NCBI GenBank assembly: GCA_943788985.1
Contig: CALSSJ010000002.1
Span: 1-64,000 of the forward strand
Length of the DNA: 64,000 nucleotides
Reading direction: 5' to 3'
Source of the DNA: an uncultured Lentisphaerales bacterium
GTDB lineage: Bacteria; Verrucomicrobiota; Lentisphaeria; JABSQK01; UBA12247
The notes beneath the pieces are model-generated. The model was not told the DNA's origin and did no database searches. It was given only the letters and a program-made list of their open reading frames with translations. Positions within the stretch are counted from its first letter, which is position 1. Each line of letters starts with the position of its first letter. Shown here piece by piece: positions 9,418 through 18,177 of this stretch. The position numbers and the translations under genes are program-made.

Positions 9418-12234
9418 TTACTGCGTCACCACAACGTCTTTCGCACGGGATGTGGGGGTAACGGCCAGGTCCACGATCTTGCCATCCTGGACGCGGCCTT
9501 CGATCACGGTTTTATAGGGCGCATGCAGCCGGAATTTCACGTTCCAGTCTTTCGGCCAGGCGGGGCGCAGGTAGATCTTCTTACCCTCGGTCTGCAGAAG
9601 CATGGCTTGGAAGGCTTTCATGAGCACGCCGCCGTGATCCTGATCGGGAATCCAGTCCATGTTCGGCCCCCAGAAGGCGGGAAAGCGCGACCCTTTGTGA
9701 TGGTTGCGGGCCCGGCCGACCAAGTTTTCGCGGGCCTCGTCGGCAAGCCCGAGGTAGGCCATGAAGATCTCATCCTGGCGCCAGCCGTTGTTGCCGCGGG
9801 CCGTGCGATGATGCAAGGTCCGGCGGCCCATTTCAGCATTGGGTTTTTCGAAGGAGGAAAGCCGAAACGGAAAGACACAGTAGAGCTCTGGAACTTCTCC
9901 GTTCTTACACATGGCGAAGGCCTCTGCTGGGGCAAAGATGGTCTCGCCCTTGTGCTCGCGGGTGGGAAGATCCGGTAGCTTCGCCTGCACCTGCGTCCAG
10001 TACGCTCGCATGGCAGCCGTGGTCAAGTGCTCGGGCAGGCCAAGCAGACGATTGGTGACGGCATGCATGCCCGCGACTGGATCCATCGGATTGGTGCATT
10101 CCCACCAGGTTTCTAGTGCCTGAGCCGGATGCATCACTAACTTCCCATTCTTATCGACGTCGTAGTGCTCGACGAAGAAGGTCAGGATCTCGGTGGCGAA
10201 GGGAATGGTGGTGTCCTTGAGGAAGGCTTCGTCGAGGGTGTGTTCGTAGCGATCAAGCATCATGAAACTCATCTCAAGCCCAGAGACCCATTCCCACTTG
10301 TGGTAGCGGTTATCTTGGAGCTTGTCTTCCCGCTCTTCGAAGGGCGTCTCGCCATAGGTCTCGGCAAACATTTCGCCCCAGAAGTACATGCACTCGGGCA
10401 CATAGATCCCGCCGTGGCCGGTATGCCTCCGGGTGCGGTACTTGTGATACTCAAAGAGATCCTGGCAGTACATTTTGTAGAGTGGATCTGTCATCTCTAC
10501 ATCGCCGGACGTCAGCATGCTGATATAGGGCAGGCGCGTGTTTTGCCACCAGTAGCCTGGCCCCCAACGGCGGTAATCCGGGCCCCGACTCTTGTCGTTT
10601 TCAATCCCGTCTACGGTGAAGATAGACCCGTTGAATTTGATGGGATACGCCCCGCGTCCGGCGCAGGCATTGATGTAACGCTGCAGCGCATACGCCCGGC
10701 TGAGCACAAAGGCATCGCTTGCGGGTTTGTCGTCTTTCGGGCCGGCCACTTGCTGCCCATCGAGGAACAGCCTGGCCTGCCCGGTTGCACCGTTCAGAAC
10801 GGCCACCACATGCTGCCATTGGTTCGCTTTCAGGCAGCCACTTGCATTGAGTTGCTGCGCACCCACGATCAGGCGCAGGCTGTTTTTAGGATGTGTATCG
10901 AGCAGCAGCCCATCATCGCTGCCAGGCATGGTCTTATCGAGCAGACGTACACTCTCGGTGAGGCTGTCCGGGTGAATCCACAGCTCTGCCGTCAGTGACG
11001 TCGCGTCGGTCCAGCGAGCGGAATTCTGAAGCTCAGAATGGTTGGCGGGCGTACCGCTGAACAGGACTTCGCTGCTGTCCGTTGTCGCTCGATCTGAGCG
11101 GGTCTTGGCACGCTGTTGGATCTCGTCAGCGCTCAGGGTGCGCGTCAGGATCGTGCTCGGGCCAAATTGGCCGGTAAATTTGTTGCCGCCATTCGGGTTG
11201 ATGCCGAAGCGGACGTTGAGGGTGTTGGAGGGAACCAGGCTCGTCGCCTTGGCCAGCTCCTCTGAGCCTGACGTTGCGTGGATCCAGCTGCGCTGCCAGA
11301 AGGCTTGCCACCACGCTTCGTGATCGGCACGCCGCTTGGCGAGTGGAACCGCCTGTGTCTCCGCGATCACCTGCTCCGTCGCGGCCAGCCATTCGGCTTC
11401 CGTGGCGGGATGTTCGGTGTGTACGTAGAGATCGAACCGATGGCTCTTCGCTCGTGAGGATAGCAGGTGGGTGTCATCCAGTCTCTTGGCATTGTCCGCT
11501 TTGATGATGGCGCCGAACGTCCTGTGGAGCAGCGGGTCGAGTCGCTCAAAGTCAGCCATGCCCTGGATCTTTGCATGCATCGCGGGGCCGACCGACTTGA
11601 TATTGCGGTGATACCAGCCAATCCTGCCTTCTTGATTGTGGAGAAGGTTATCTGGCTCCATCACTGTGGGGCCCAAATTGCCCCACTTTTCGCCAGGCCT
11701 GGGGCGAAACAGATGAACGTCGCTGCATTCCCAGGAGCTGGGAATCGACACTTGCTCCGTGCGCCAGAGTTCGATTGCAGCAGTCGCCTCCGTGTCCTTC
11801 GGGCCGTCGATTTCGGCATGAATCACCGAGTGATTCGCATCCGCCCAGAGGCGAATCTCCGTCTCTCCGCAGCGGGCCTTGAGCGTACCATCGACCAGAC
11901 TCAGCGTTTGCAGAAAATCGTCGGTGGCAGGTGCGGGGTTCAGGGTGATGCGGACGCGGCCTACCTTCAGCAGCCGTCCGTTATCGCCCCAGGAATCGGT
12001 GCGGGAAATGTAGAAGACCAGATCGCCGTTCGGTTCAATCCAGGCACTCAACCCGGTGGATCCGTTGCCCAGCGGCGTGGACCCGTGCTCGTCTTTGCTG
12101 GGACTCGCCCAGACCACATTATAGCGCTCAGGTGAGAACATGGGTTCGATCGCATTCTTTAGGGTTGGTTCTGACGAAACTGACAGTGTGCTGGCGAGGA
12201 GTAGGGCCAGCGTTGGGAGAAGGGGAGAGTTCAT
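9418..12234 (-). CDS. Secreted DUF5703/GH95-like glycoside hydrolase with inserted LamG (concanavalin-like) domain
   Basis: Signal peptide; PLGNG N-terminal motif; YPIKFNGSIFT, YWWQNTRLPY, PAQALETWW, WIPDQDHGG, PAWPKDWNVKFRLHAP; LamG insert QWQHVVAV...LFLDGQQV. Confidence 0.8.
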   Translation of the reverse strand: MNSPLLPTLALLLASTLSVSSEPTLKNAIEPMFSPERYNVVWASPSKDEHGSTPLGNGSTGLSAWIEPNGDLVFYISRTDSWGDNGRLLKVGRVRITLNPAPATDDFLQTLSLVDGTLKARCGETEIRLWADANHSVIHAEIDGPKDTEATAAIELWRTEQVSIPSSWECSDVHLFRPRPGEKWGNLGPTVMEPDNLLHNQEGRIGWYHRNIKSVGPAMHAKIQGMADFERLDPLLHRTFGAIIKADNAKRLDDTHLLSSRAKSHRFDLYVHTEHPATEAEWLAATEQVIAETQAVPLAKRRADHEAWWQAFWQRSWIHATSGSEELAKATSLVPSNTLNVRFGINPNGGNKFTGQFGPSTILTRTLSADEIQQRAKTRSDRATTDSSEVLFSGTPANHSELQNSARWTDATSLTAELWIHPDSLTESVRLLDKTMPGSDDGLLLDTHPKNSLRLIVGAQQLNASGCLKANQWQHVVAVLNGATGQARLFLDGQQVAGPKDDKPASDAFVLSRAYALQRYINACAGRGAYPIKFNGSIFTVDGIENDKSRGPDYRRWGPGYWWQNTRLPYISMLTSGDVEMTDPLYKMYCQDLFEYHKYRTRRHTGHGGIYVPECMYFWGEMFAETYGETPFEEREDKLQDNRYHKWEWVSGLEMSFMMLDRYEHTLDEAFLKDTTIPFATEILTFFVEHYDVDKNGKLVMHPAQALETWWECTNPMDPVAGMHAVTNRLLGLPEHLTTAAMRAYWTQVQAKLPDLPTREHKGETIFAPAEAFAMCKNGEVPELYCVFPFRLSSFEKPNAEMGRRTLHHRTARGNNGWRQDEIFMAYLGLADEARENLVGRARNHHKGSRFPAFWGPNMDWIPDQDHGGVLMKAFQAMLLQTEGKKIYLRPAWPKDWNVKFRLHAPYKTVIEGRVQDGKIVDLAVTPTSRAKDVVVTQ

Positions 12235-12451
12235 GCTTCATGCCTTAATTACGGAATGCGTCGCCAGGTTGCGTAGGCGGGGCTCTGCTTTTGCCTGTGA
12301 TGGCGAGTCTGAGAGGTCTAGGCTAAACGTGCTGTCTTCGGTATCGGGTGGCCAATGCCAGTTTATGCTCGTGAATCGTCACGTCGTACTCGGCGGGGGC
12401 CCCATGTGAGCCACCACCGCGTCGCCTTCTCCCCAGGACCGGGCCCGATGT

Positions 12452-13102
12452 CTATCTGAAGCGGATCAGCGTGGCTTGCGGGGGTTGCGGTACCAGGTTG
12501 ACGTGAAACGTGCGATCAAAACTGTGCAGGGCGAGGTTGCTGTCGTCCGGAATCGTGCCGCCACTTGTGCCGCTGGAGTAGCCGGTGCCGTCTGCGTAGC
12601 TCGAGCCGGCTGTACCCTCCAGGCGCCACCCCCAGAATGAAGGGGTGTTGTCGTGCAGGATGTCTATGGCGTACGTCGTGTTCGAACTGAGGGTGACCGG
12701 GCTGCTGAACTCCATGGTCCACCAGTCGCCTTGCGTAAACGTCTCGCCGACGACAGACGACTCAGTCACCAGCGGGGTGAAAACGCCCCCGGAGACTGTC
12801 CCGACGCGGAAGGTGTACTGCTGGTCATCGGCCGCAGCATTCCCCCCACTGGTATGAGACTTAAAGGAAAAGGCATCAAGGGTGTAGCCCAGCGCATTGA
12901 CTCCCGTGGTGAAGCTCTGGCCCATGGCCGGCCGGCCACCCCAGACATCGCCCTCGTCCGCTGCGTGCCCGGTGCCACCGGCCAACTGCGAGATATCGGC
13001 ATTATCGACGGTAGGTGCGGTTCCGCTCAGCGAGATGCTGGCAGCCTGGGCGGTCATCGCCGCTACGACTAGGCCCGCAAACAGTTTTACTCTAATCTTC
13101 AT
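12452..13102 (-). CDS. Secreted beta-rich protein resembling PEP-CTERM cargo, ending VPQPPQATLIRFR
   Basis: Signal peptide ending AQA-A; GQSFTTG motif; G/S/T-rich; short non-TM tail. Confidence 0.8.
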   Translation of the reverse strand: MKIRVKLFAGLVVAAMTAQAASISLSGTAPTVDNADISQLAGGTGHAADEGDVWGGRPAMGQSFTTGVNALGYTLDAFSFKSHTSGGNAAADDQQYTFRVGTVSGGVFTPLVTESSVVGETFTQGDWWTMEFSSPVTLSSNTTYAIDILHDNTPSFWGWRLEGTAGSSYADGTGYSSGTSGGTIPDDSNLALHSFDRTFHVNLVPQPPQATLIRFR

Positions 13103-13273
13103 GATGATTCCTCTTTACGCTCTCTTTGCTCACTGAAGTCCCACGATACCCACAAAGCGACACGTACCCGGGAAAGGGGCACCAGGAACTCTAGCCGACC
13201 GTCCAAATATTGAAGGCAAAGGCATTTACCCCGCCGTTGCCATCACACTGAGGTAGTCATGTCTGGGGCATTA

Positions 13274-13339
13274 ATTATAGTATTCCTCACGCACGCCAGC
13301 AAATTGAGAGGCTGATCAATGAGCTTGACTTTTTGATCA
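13274..13339 (-). promoter_or_regulatory. Sigma70-type promoter with tandem AraC-type operator
   Basis: Minus strand TTGCTG-N17-TATAAT (13302-13274), preceded by two TGATCA-N5-TCAA direct repeats spaced 21 bp. Confidence 0.6.
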
Positions 13340-13383
13340 CCCTCCTTTGGCAGGTATGCTGTATCGATTCAGGATCGTCACGT

Positions 13384-14217
13384 ATGAGAGCGGAACATGT
13401 ATTTCGGCCCATGGAAGGGCTATCTCGCGTAATGCCTTTCCCGCCCACGGTTAGCGCGCTGGGCTATCTTCCCGTGAAGACAAACTGGGTGCAGGGCGAG
13501 TTCGACCGCATTGTCTTTTGCTTCATTCTGAAGGGAGAGGGACGGCTGTATTATGGGAACCGCGAGTATGCCGTTCAAGCACCATGCGTTCTTGCCGGGT
13601 GGCCCGGGGTTTACCTGGAGTACGGGCCCAAACCGGAGGGGGCATCTTGGGAAGAGCTTTATCTGGACTACAGTTTCGAACTGACCCCGCTGTTCGAAAC
13701 ATGGGGCATCAGCCCGGCCCAGCATCCAGCGTGGCCGATCGCATCGGACCACGTGGTACGCCGCTTGGCTGATGAGTTGATCGGCTACGCCAGGGACGTA
13801 GAAGCGAGAGGGGCTCCCGACCGCATCGACCGCATTTGCCACCGGCTACTGTTGGAATCCGTGCTTGCACAGCCAGCAATGCCGGACACCCCGTACGATG
13901 CCATGCTGGATCAACTTCGCGGTCGCGTGATGGCCCAGCTCTACCTTGCGCATGACACCAAGGCCCTGGCCGGGGAATGCAGCATGACGGAGGTCACCTT
14001 CCGCCGCTACTGGAAACGGCGTTACGGGCTCCCGTTCAAGCACGACCTGATCAACATGCGCATGCAGGAGGCGTGCCGCCTGCTCGTGCGCACCAAGCTG
14101 GAGGTTAAGGAAATTGCCACCCGCGTCGGATTTACCGATCCCCACTACTTCTCTCACCGCTTCACTACCCTGATCGGCACACCCGCCACCAAATACCGTA
14201 ATGGCTTCGGCAGCTGA
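13384..14217 (+). CDS. AraC family transcriptional regulator
   Basis: Cupin N-domain; C-terminal RMQEACRLL...VKEIATRVGFTDPHYFSHRF; start placed at ATG 13384 (ORF open from 13333). Confidence 0.9.
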   Translation: MRAEHVFRPMEGLSRVMPFPPTVSALGYLPVKTNWVQGEFDRIVFCFILKGEGRLYYGNREYAVQAPCVLAGWPGVYLEYGPKPEGASWEELYLDYSFELTPLFETWGISPAQHPAWPIASDHVVRRLADELIGYARDVEARGAPDRIDRICHRLLLESVLAQPAMPDTPYDAMLDQLRGRVMAQLYLAHDTKALAGECSMTEVTFRRYWKRRYGLPFKHDLINMRMQEACRLLVRTKLEVKEIATRVGFTDPHYFSHRFTTLIGTPATKYRNGFGS

Positions 14218-14475
14218 TAAGAAATTTGCTTCCCAAACTCCCGGGCAACACGCCTGCTGGGGGCGCCTCATCCGAAAGATCTGTCAACGTTCCGTGCGAT
14301 CAAGCCTGCGTTTCACCTACTCTCCAGAAGACATCATGCGTACCGGTCCGAGGAGCTCGGCGGCTGGGCGCCATGCCAAGCTCGATGTCGCCATCGTCTT
14401 TGGCACCAAGGAATACGCCAAAAACAGACACCGGACTCGGGTCGTGTTCAACCCGCAAGACTAGGTTTACCACAA

Positions 14476-14597
14476 ACTGAACATATTGCTGCCAGACATC
14501 GAAACAGACTGGCCAGCCCACTCTACCCTTACACAGGAGTTGATCCTCGTCGTCAAGGCACAATGATGGATATCGGTTGTCCCCAAGCCGCAGGCTC
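14476..14597 (+). repeat. Degenerate attC-like site (copy 2, right arm lost)
   Basis: ACTGAAC start; shares TCGTCGTCAAGGCACAATGATGGATATCGGTTGTCCC exactly with copy 1, 48/51 nt overall. Confidence 0.4.
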
Positions 14598-14599
14598 AT

Positions 14600-14830
14600 C
14601 CTCCAAGGGCGCCTTGACCGGCGGGACGATGCCCACTTTCCACAAGGCGTTCACATCGACACAGCCTTTGATGATCTCCTTGCTGCCGGTCAGCCAGGAG
14701 CCGCTGCCGATGGAGAACACCAACGGGGCAGGCTTGACGTTCGAAGCGGACTGCACCTTCCAGAAATCAAGCACCTGACGCTCATGCGTCCCATAGCGGA
14801 TGTCGGCCACGGTCGGCTTCGGCGTCGATG
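14600..14830 (-). pseudogene. Alpha/beta-hydrolase (lipase/esterase) fragment with internal deletion
   Basis: PTVADIRYGTHERQVLDFWK...PLVFSIGSGSW (decayed HGGGW) jumps straight to PPVKAPLED. Confidence 0.6.
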
Positions 14831-15081
14831 CATGATACGCGGGGCGCGGCTTTGCCAGGCGCACGCCAAGCGCCTACCCCGTTTCTGCTGCGGAACCGCG
14901 CCGAGGTCTTTCAGGCCCGTTCTGAGAATCACCCGTGGACTACTGAGCCGCGTGGGCTGTGCAAGCGCATATGAGCAGGCAGGTCAAGCCCACAAGGCGC
15001 TATGGTTGTGCCAGTCGGATTCCTTCTCCGGTCACTTCATTGTTACACGTACTGCTGGTCGACGCCCAACATGCCCACCCC

Positions 15082-15789
15082 CTATTCCTTGCTCTCGAGC
15101 AAGGCCGCCGCAATCACTTGGGCAACCGCAGCAGCAAGTCGATCGCGTCCCTTGCTTGTGTAGTGAACGTCGTTCTCGCCTCGTTGGTATTTCGCGCGGT
15201 CATCACCAATTACGGCGTAGAGGTTATTGATTCTCACCCCGTGTTTCTTCATCACCGCGCGCGCCGCGTCATTGAAGCGCTTCGCGCGCTCCTCGGTGAC
15301 AACAAACTTCACCTTCCTTTCGGGGCCGATGCAAGGAGGCGTCGTCACGGCAAAGATCACTGTCGCGTTCGTCTTCTTTATCTTGGCAACGATACTGTCT
15401 AGGCTCGCAGCATAGGACTCGGGCGTTGCCTTTACATCCTGCGCCCAGCCATACCAGTCCCAAAGGCCGAAATTGAAATGGATCACGTCCCAGCCTACAT
15501 CGCCGATCCAGCTTGCAACCTGCTCATCACCGAAGGCAGACCACCGGCAATTGGTGGTCGGGCGATGCACGTTCGCCCTCTCGCGCAGGAGATGGCGCAC
15601 GCGCGGCGTGTAGCCGATCGAAATGGAGTCCCCGATGATCAGCACGCGGGGAAGCCCCACCTGATCGACCGGGTTGGCAAAGGGATGCTTGAATGGGTCC
15701 GTCTGGCCGCCGAAGCTGGTCAGTGAGCAGGCAAGCAAGCATGCAAGGAAGATGAGGATTCTGTATTTTAATTGTTTCATCCATGTCAT
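15082..15789 (-). CDS. SGNH/GDSL hydrolase, secreted
   Basis: IIGDSIS, IHFNFGLWD, DVHY; ATG overlaps the GH2 stop (ATGA). Confidence 0.9.
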   Translation of the reverse strand: MTWMKQLKYRILIFLACLLACSLTSFGGQTDPFKHPFANPVDQVGLPRVLIIGDSISIGYTPRVRHLLRERANVHRPTTNCRWSAFGDEQVASWIGDVGWDVIHFNFGLWDWYGWAQDVKATPESYAASLDSIVAKIKKTNATVIFAVTTPPCIGPERKVKFVVTEERAKRFNDAARAVMKKHGVRINNLYAVIGDDRAKYQRGENDVHYTSKGRDRLAAAVAQVIAAALLESKE

Positions 15790-18164
15790 GTTCGTGCCGT
15801 CTTCTCCCACGGGGCGATCCTGCCAAGCGTCAACTGTGGCGCCTTCGCGCTTACTGCGATCTTCGCATCGGTCCGAATCCTGCGAACGATGACCTGACAC
15901 AGGCCCATGTAGGCCTGGCGCTGGTTGGTGAACTTGACTGGCTCGTGGCTGTACGGATTGCCGTTGCCCACCCCCAGGATCTCTCCCCCCACGGAGACCT
16001 CGAACTCCACCGTGTTGTCCGCCAACGGGCAGAGCGTCCCATCCGCATCCTGCACGGCTGCGTTGACCACGGCGATGTCCCCGATGACCTTGCTTGACAA
16101 AGCCAGTTGCGCCGGTTCCGACGCCGTTGCGGAGTTCGCACGGGAGGTCTCGGCGCCGGCCTGATCGTAGCCGATGGCTTCCAGTAGACCAGGCTCATAA
16201 GGGACCTGCCACTCGAGCCGGTCGTACGCGGGCATGGGCTCGCGGGCGATGATCCTGCCATTGAGGCGCAGTTCGATCTCGGCAGCATTGGAATAACAGC
16301 GTACCCGGATGGGCTCGCCTGCGCGTCCTGGCCAGTTCCAGTGCGGCATGAGGAAGGTATGCGGCGCGCCCGCGCGCCACCAGCATCTGAGGTACTGCGC
16401 CAGCTCCTTGCGGAATCCGCACAGGTCCAGCATGCCGAAGTGACTGATCACTGCTGGCCACCCATGCGGGGCCGTCTCGCCGCGGTAGTCGAAGCCGGTC
16501 CACAGAAACGTCCCCGCCAGGTGCGGTCGGCTGACGCAGTCCTGCCAGCATTCTTCGAGGCGGCTGCCATAGCCGGCGAATGTGGTCCCGTAGGCGCTGA
16601 CGTAGTTCCGGTACGCCTCGCTCTCCCACGTCTGCTCGCGCTCGGCAAACTGCTTCAAAACCTCGATCCCGGTCGATTCGTACAGGCCCCGGGTCGTGAA
16701 ACCACCCCACGACTCGGTCTGAATGAAGGGCCAGTCCGGGTACTTCTCATGGAAGCGATCGAAGTTCTCGCTGTCGCACCCGTGCCGGTAGTTCATGCCG
16801 AATACATCAAGGCGGAAACCGTTTGCCTCGAATAGCTCAGCTGCCTTGAACCAGTTCCCCACGACGGCGCACGTAGTGGGCCGGGTGGGATCCAGGCTGT
16901 GGACGAGCTGATGCAGCTTCTTGAACACCCGCGCCCCCACCGCGGTGGTCATGATAGGCTCTTCGTTGGCCAGACTCCAGAGGATGACGCAGGGATGATT
17001 CCGATCCCGCCGAATGGTATCCGCCACGTCGCGCAACAGCTCCTCGGCGCAACCGGGTAACCGGGTCTCTTCCATGATCAGCATGCCGTGCTTGTCACAG
17101 GCGTCCAGCAGCGCCGGGTCGGGCATATTGTGGCTGGTCCGGATGGCGTTGCAGCCCAGCGCCTTGAGCTGCAACACTCGCCACTCCTGCAGCTCCGGCG
17201 GCACGGCTACCCCCACACCGGCAAAGTCCTGATGACAGCATGTCCCCTTGATCTTCACCCGCTTGCCGTTGAGCAAGAAGCCATTCTTCGCACTGAAGCG
17301 GATTGACCGGAAGCCAAAGCACTCCTCGCAGCGGTCGATCGCCTCGCCATTCAGCCGCAGCGTCACCCGCAACTTGTACAACTGCGGATCTTCCAGACTC
17401 CACAGTTGCGGCTGGTCCACCTTAAGCCTCACGGTTGCCGTGCCCGTCTCCTGCGCAGCAACCGTGACCGCCCCTTCGCCTTGGGCGCCGGTCTTCAGCA
17501 CCTCGGCCTCCACCGTCACCTGCGCCTTCTCGTACGACTCATTGGCGATGGTCGCAGCCAACTCGATCGCGCCGCTGTTCTTCGTCCGGATCTGCAGCCC
17601 CCGGTGCGCCACGTGTACCGCATCGGCGACGACCATCCGCGCGGCGCGGTAGATGCCGCCGCCCTGGTAACTCCACTGCTCCGTCTGCGTCGCATCTGCG
17701 AACACCGCAATCCGGTTGGGCTCCCCGTAATTGCACACTTCGCTGATGTCGTAGCGCACCGAAACATAGCCGCTCATCCGCCGCCCGATGAAATGCCCGT
17801 TCACGTACACCTGCGAGTCCCGATAGATCCCGTCGAACTCCACCAAGATTCGCTTGCCCAGATCCGTCTTCGCCAACTCGAAGTCTTTCACGTACCAGGC
17901 CTTGCCATACGGCAGGCTGCCAGTCTTCCAGGGCGCGTCTTCGGTGAACTCGCCCTCGATCAGAAAGTCATGCGGCAACTCGACCGTGCGCCAGCTTCCA
18001 ATGTGTGGGTTGTCGGGCCGGCTGAGCGACTGCCACCCCGCCTTCTGCCACTGCCGTGGCTCCGGATTCGGGACATCGGGCAGCCCATGATCTCGACAGG
18101 CGACTTCGATCTCTTCATCCTTGCGGAAACGCCAGTTTGAATTGAAATCCATTACGCATCGCAT
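15786..18164 (-). CDS. Glycoside hydrolase family 2 (beta-galactosidase-like)
   Basis: LPHDF, KGTCCHQDFAGVG, NAIRTSHN, RDRNHPCVILWSLANEE, FLWTGFDYRGE, PHWNW. Confidence 0.92.
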   Translation of the reverse strand: MRCVMDFNSNWRFRKDEEIEVACRDHGLPDVPNPEPRQWQKAGWQSLSRPDNPHIGSWRTVELPHDFLIEGEFTEDAPWKTGSLPYGKAWYVKDFELAKTDLGKRILVEFDGIYRDSQVYVNGHFIGRRMSGYVSVRYDISEVCNYGEPNRIAVFADATQTEQWSYQGGGIYRAARMVVADAVHVAHRGLQIRTKNSGAIELAATIANESYEKAQVTVEAEVLKTGAQGEGAVTVAAQETGTATVRLKVDQPQLWSLEDPQLYKLRVTLRLNGEAIDRCEECFGFRSIRFSAKNGFLLNGKRVKIKGTCCHQDFAGVGVAVPPELQEWRVLQLKALGCNAIRTSHNMPDPALLDACDKHGMLIMEETRLPGCAEELLRDVADTIRRDRNHPCVILWSLANEEPIMTTAVGARVFKKLHQLVHSLDPTRPTTCAVVGNWFKAAELFEANGFRLDVFGMNYRHGCDSENFDRFHEKYPDWPFIQTESWGGFTTRGLYESTGIEVLKQFAEREQTWESEAYRNYVSAYGTTFAGYGSRLEECWQDCVSRPHLAGTFLWTGFDYRGETAPHGWPAVISHFGMLDLCGFRKELAQYLRCWWRAGAPHTFLMPHWNWPGRAGEPIRVRCYSNAAEIELRLNGRIIAREPMPAYDRLEWQVPYEPGLLEAIGYDQAGAETSRANSATASEPAQLALSSKVIGDIAVVNAAVQDADGTLCPLADNTVEFEVSVGGEILGVGNGNPYSHEPVKFTNQRQAYMGLCQVIVRRIRTDAKIAVSAKAPQLTLGRIAPWEKTART

Positions 18165-18177
18165 AGTCTCGTTTCTC

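Noticed and set aside
14230..14300. WGRLIRKI as an IS91-type transposase remnant
   Set aside because: Single short motif without the following CxxC or other support
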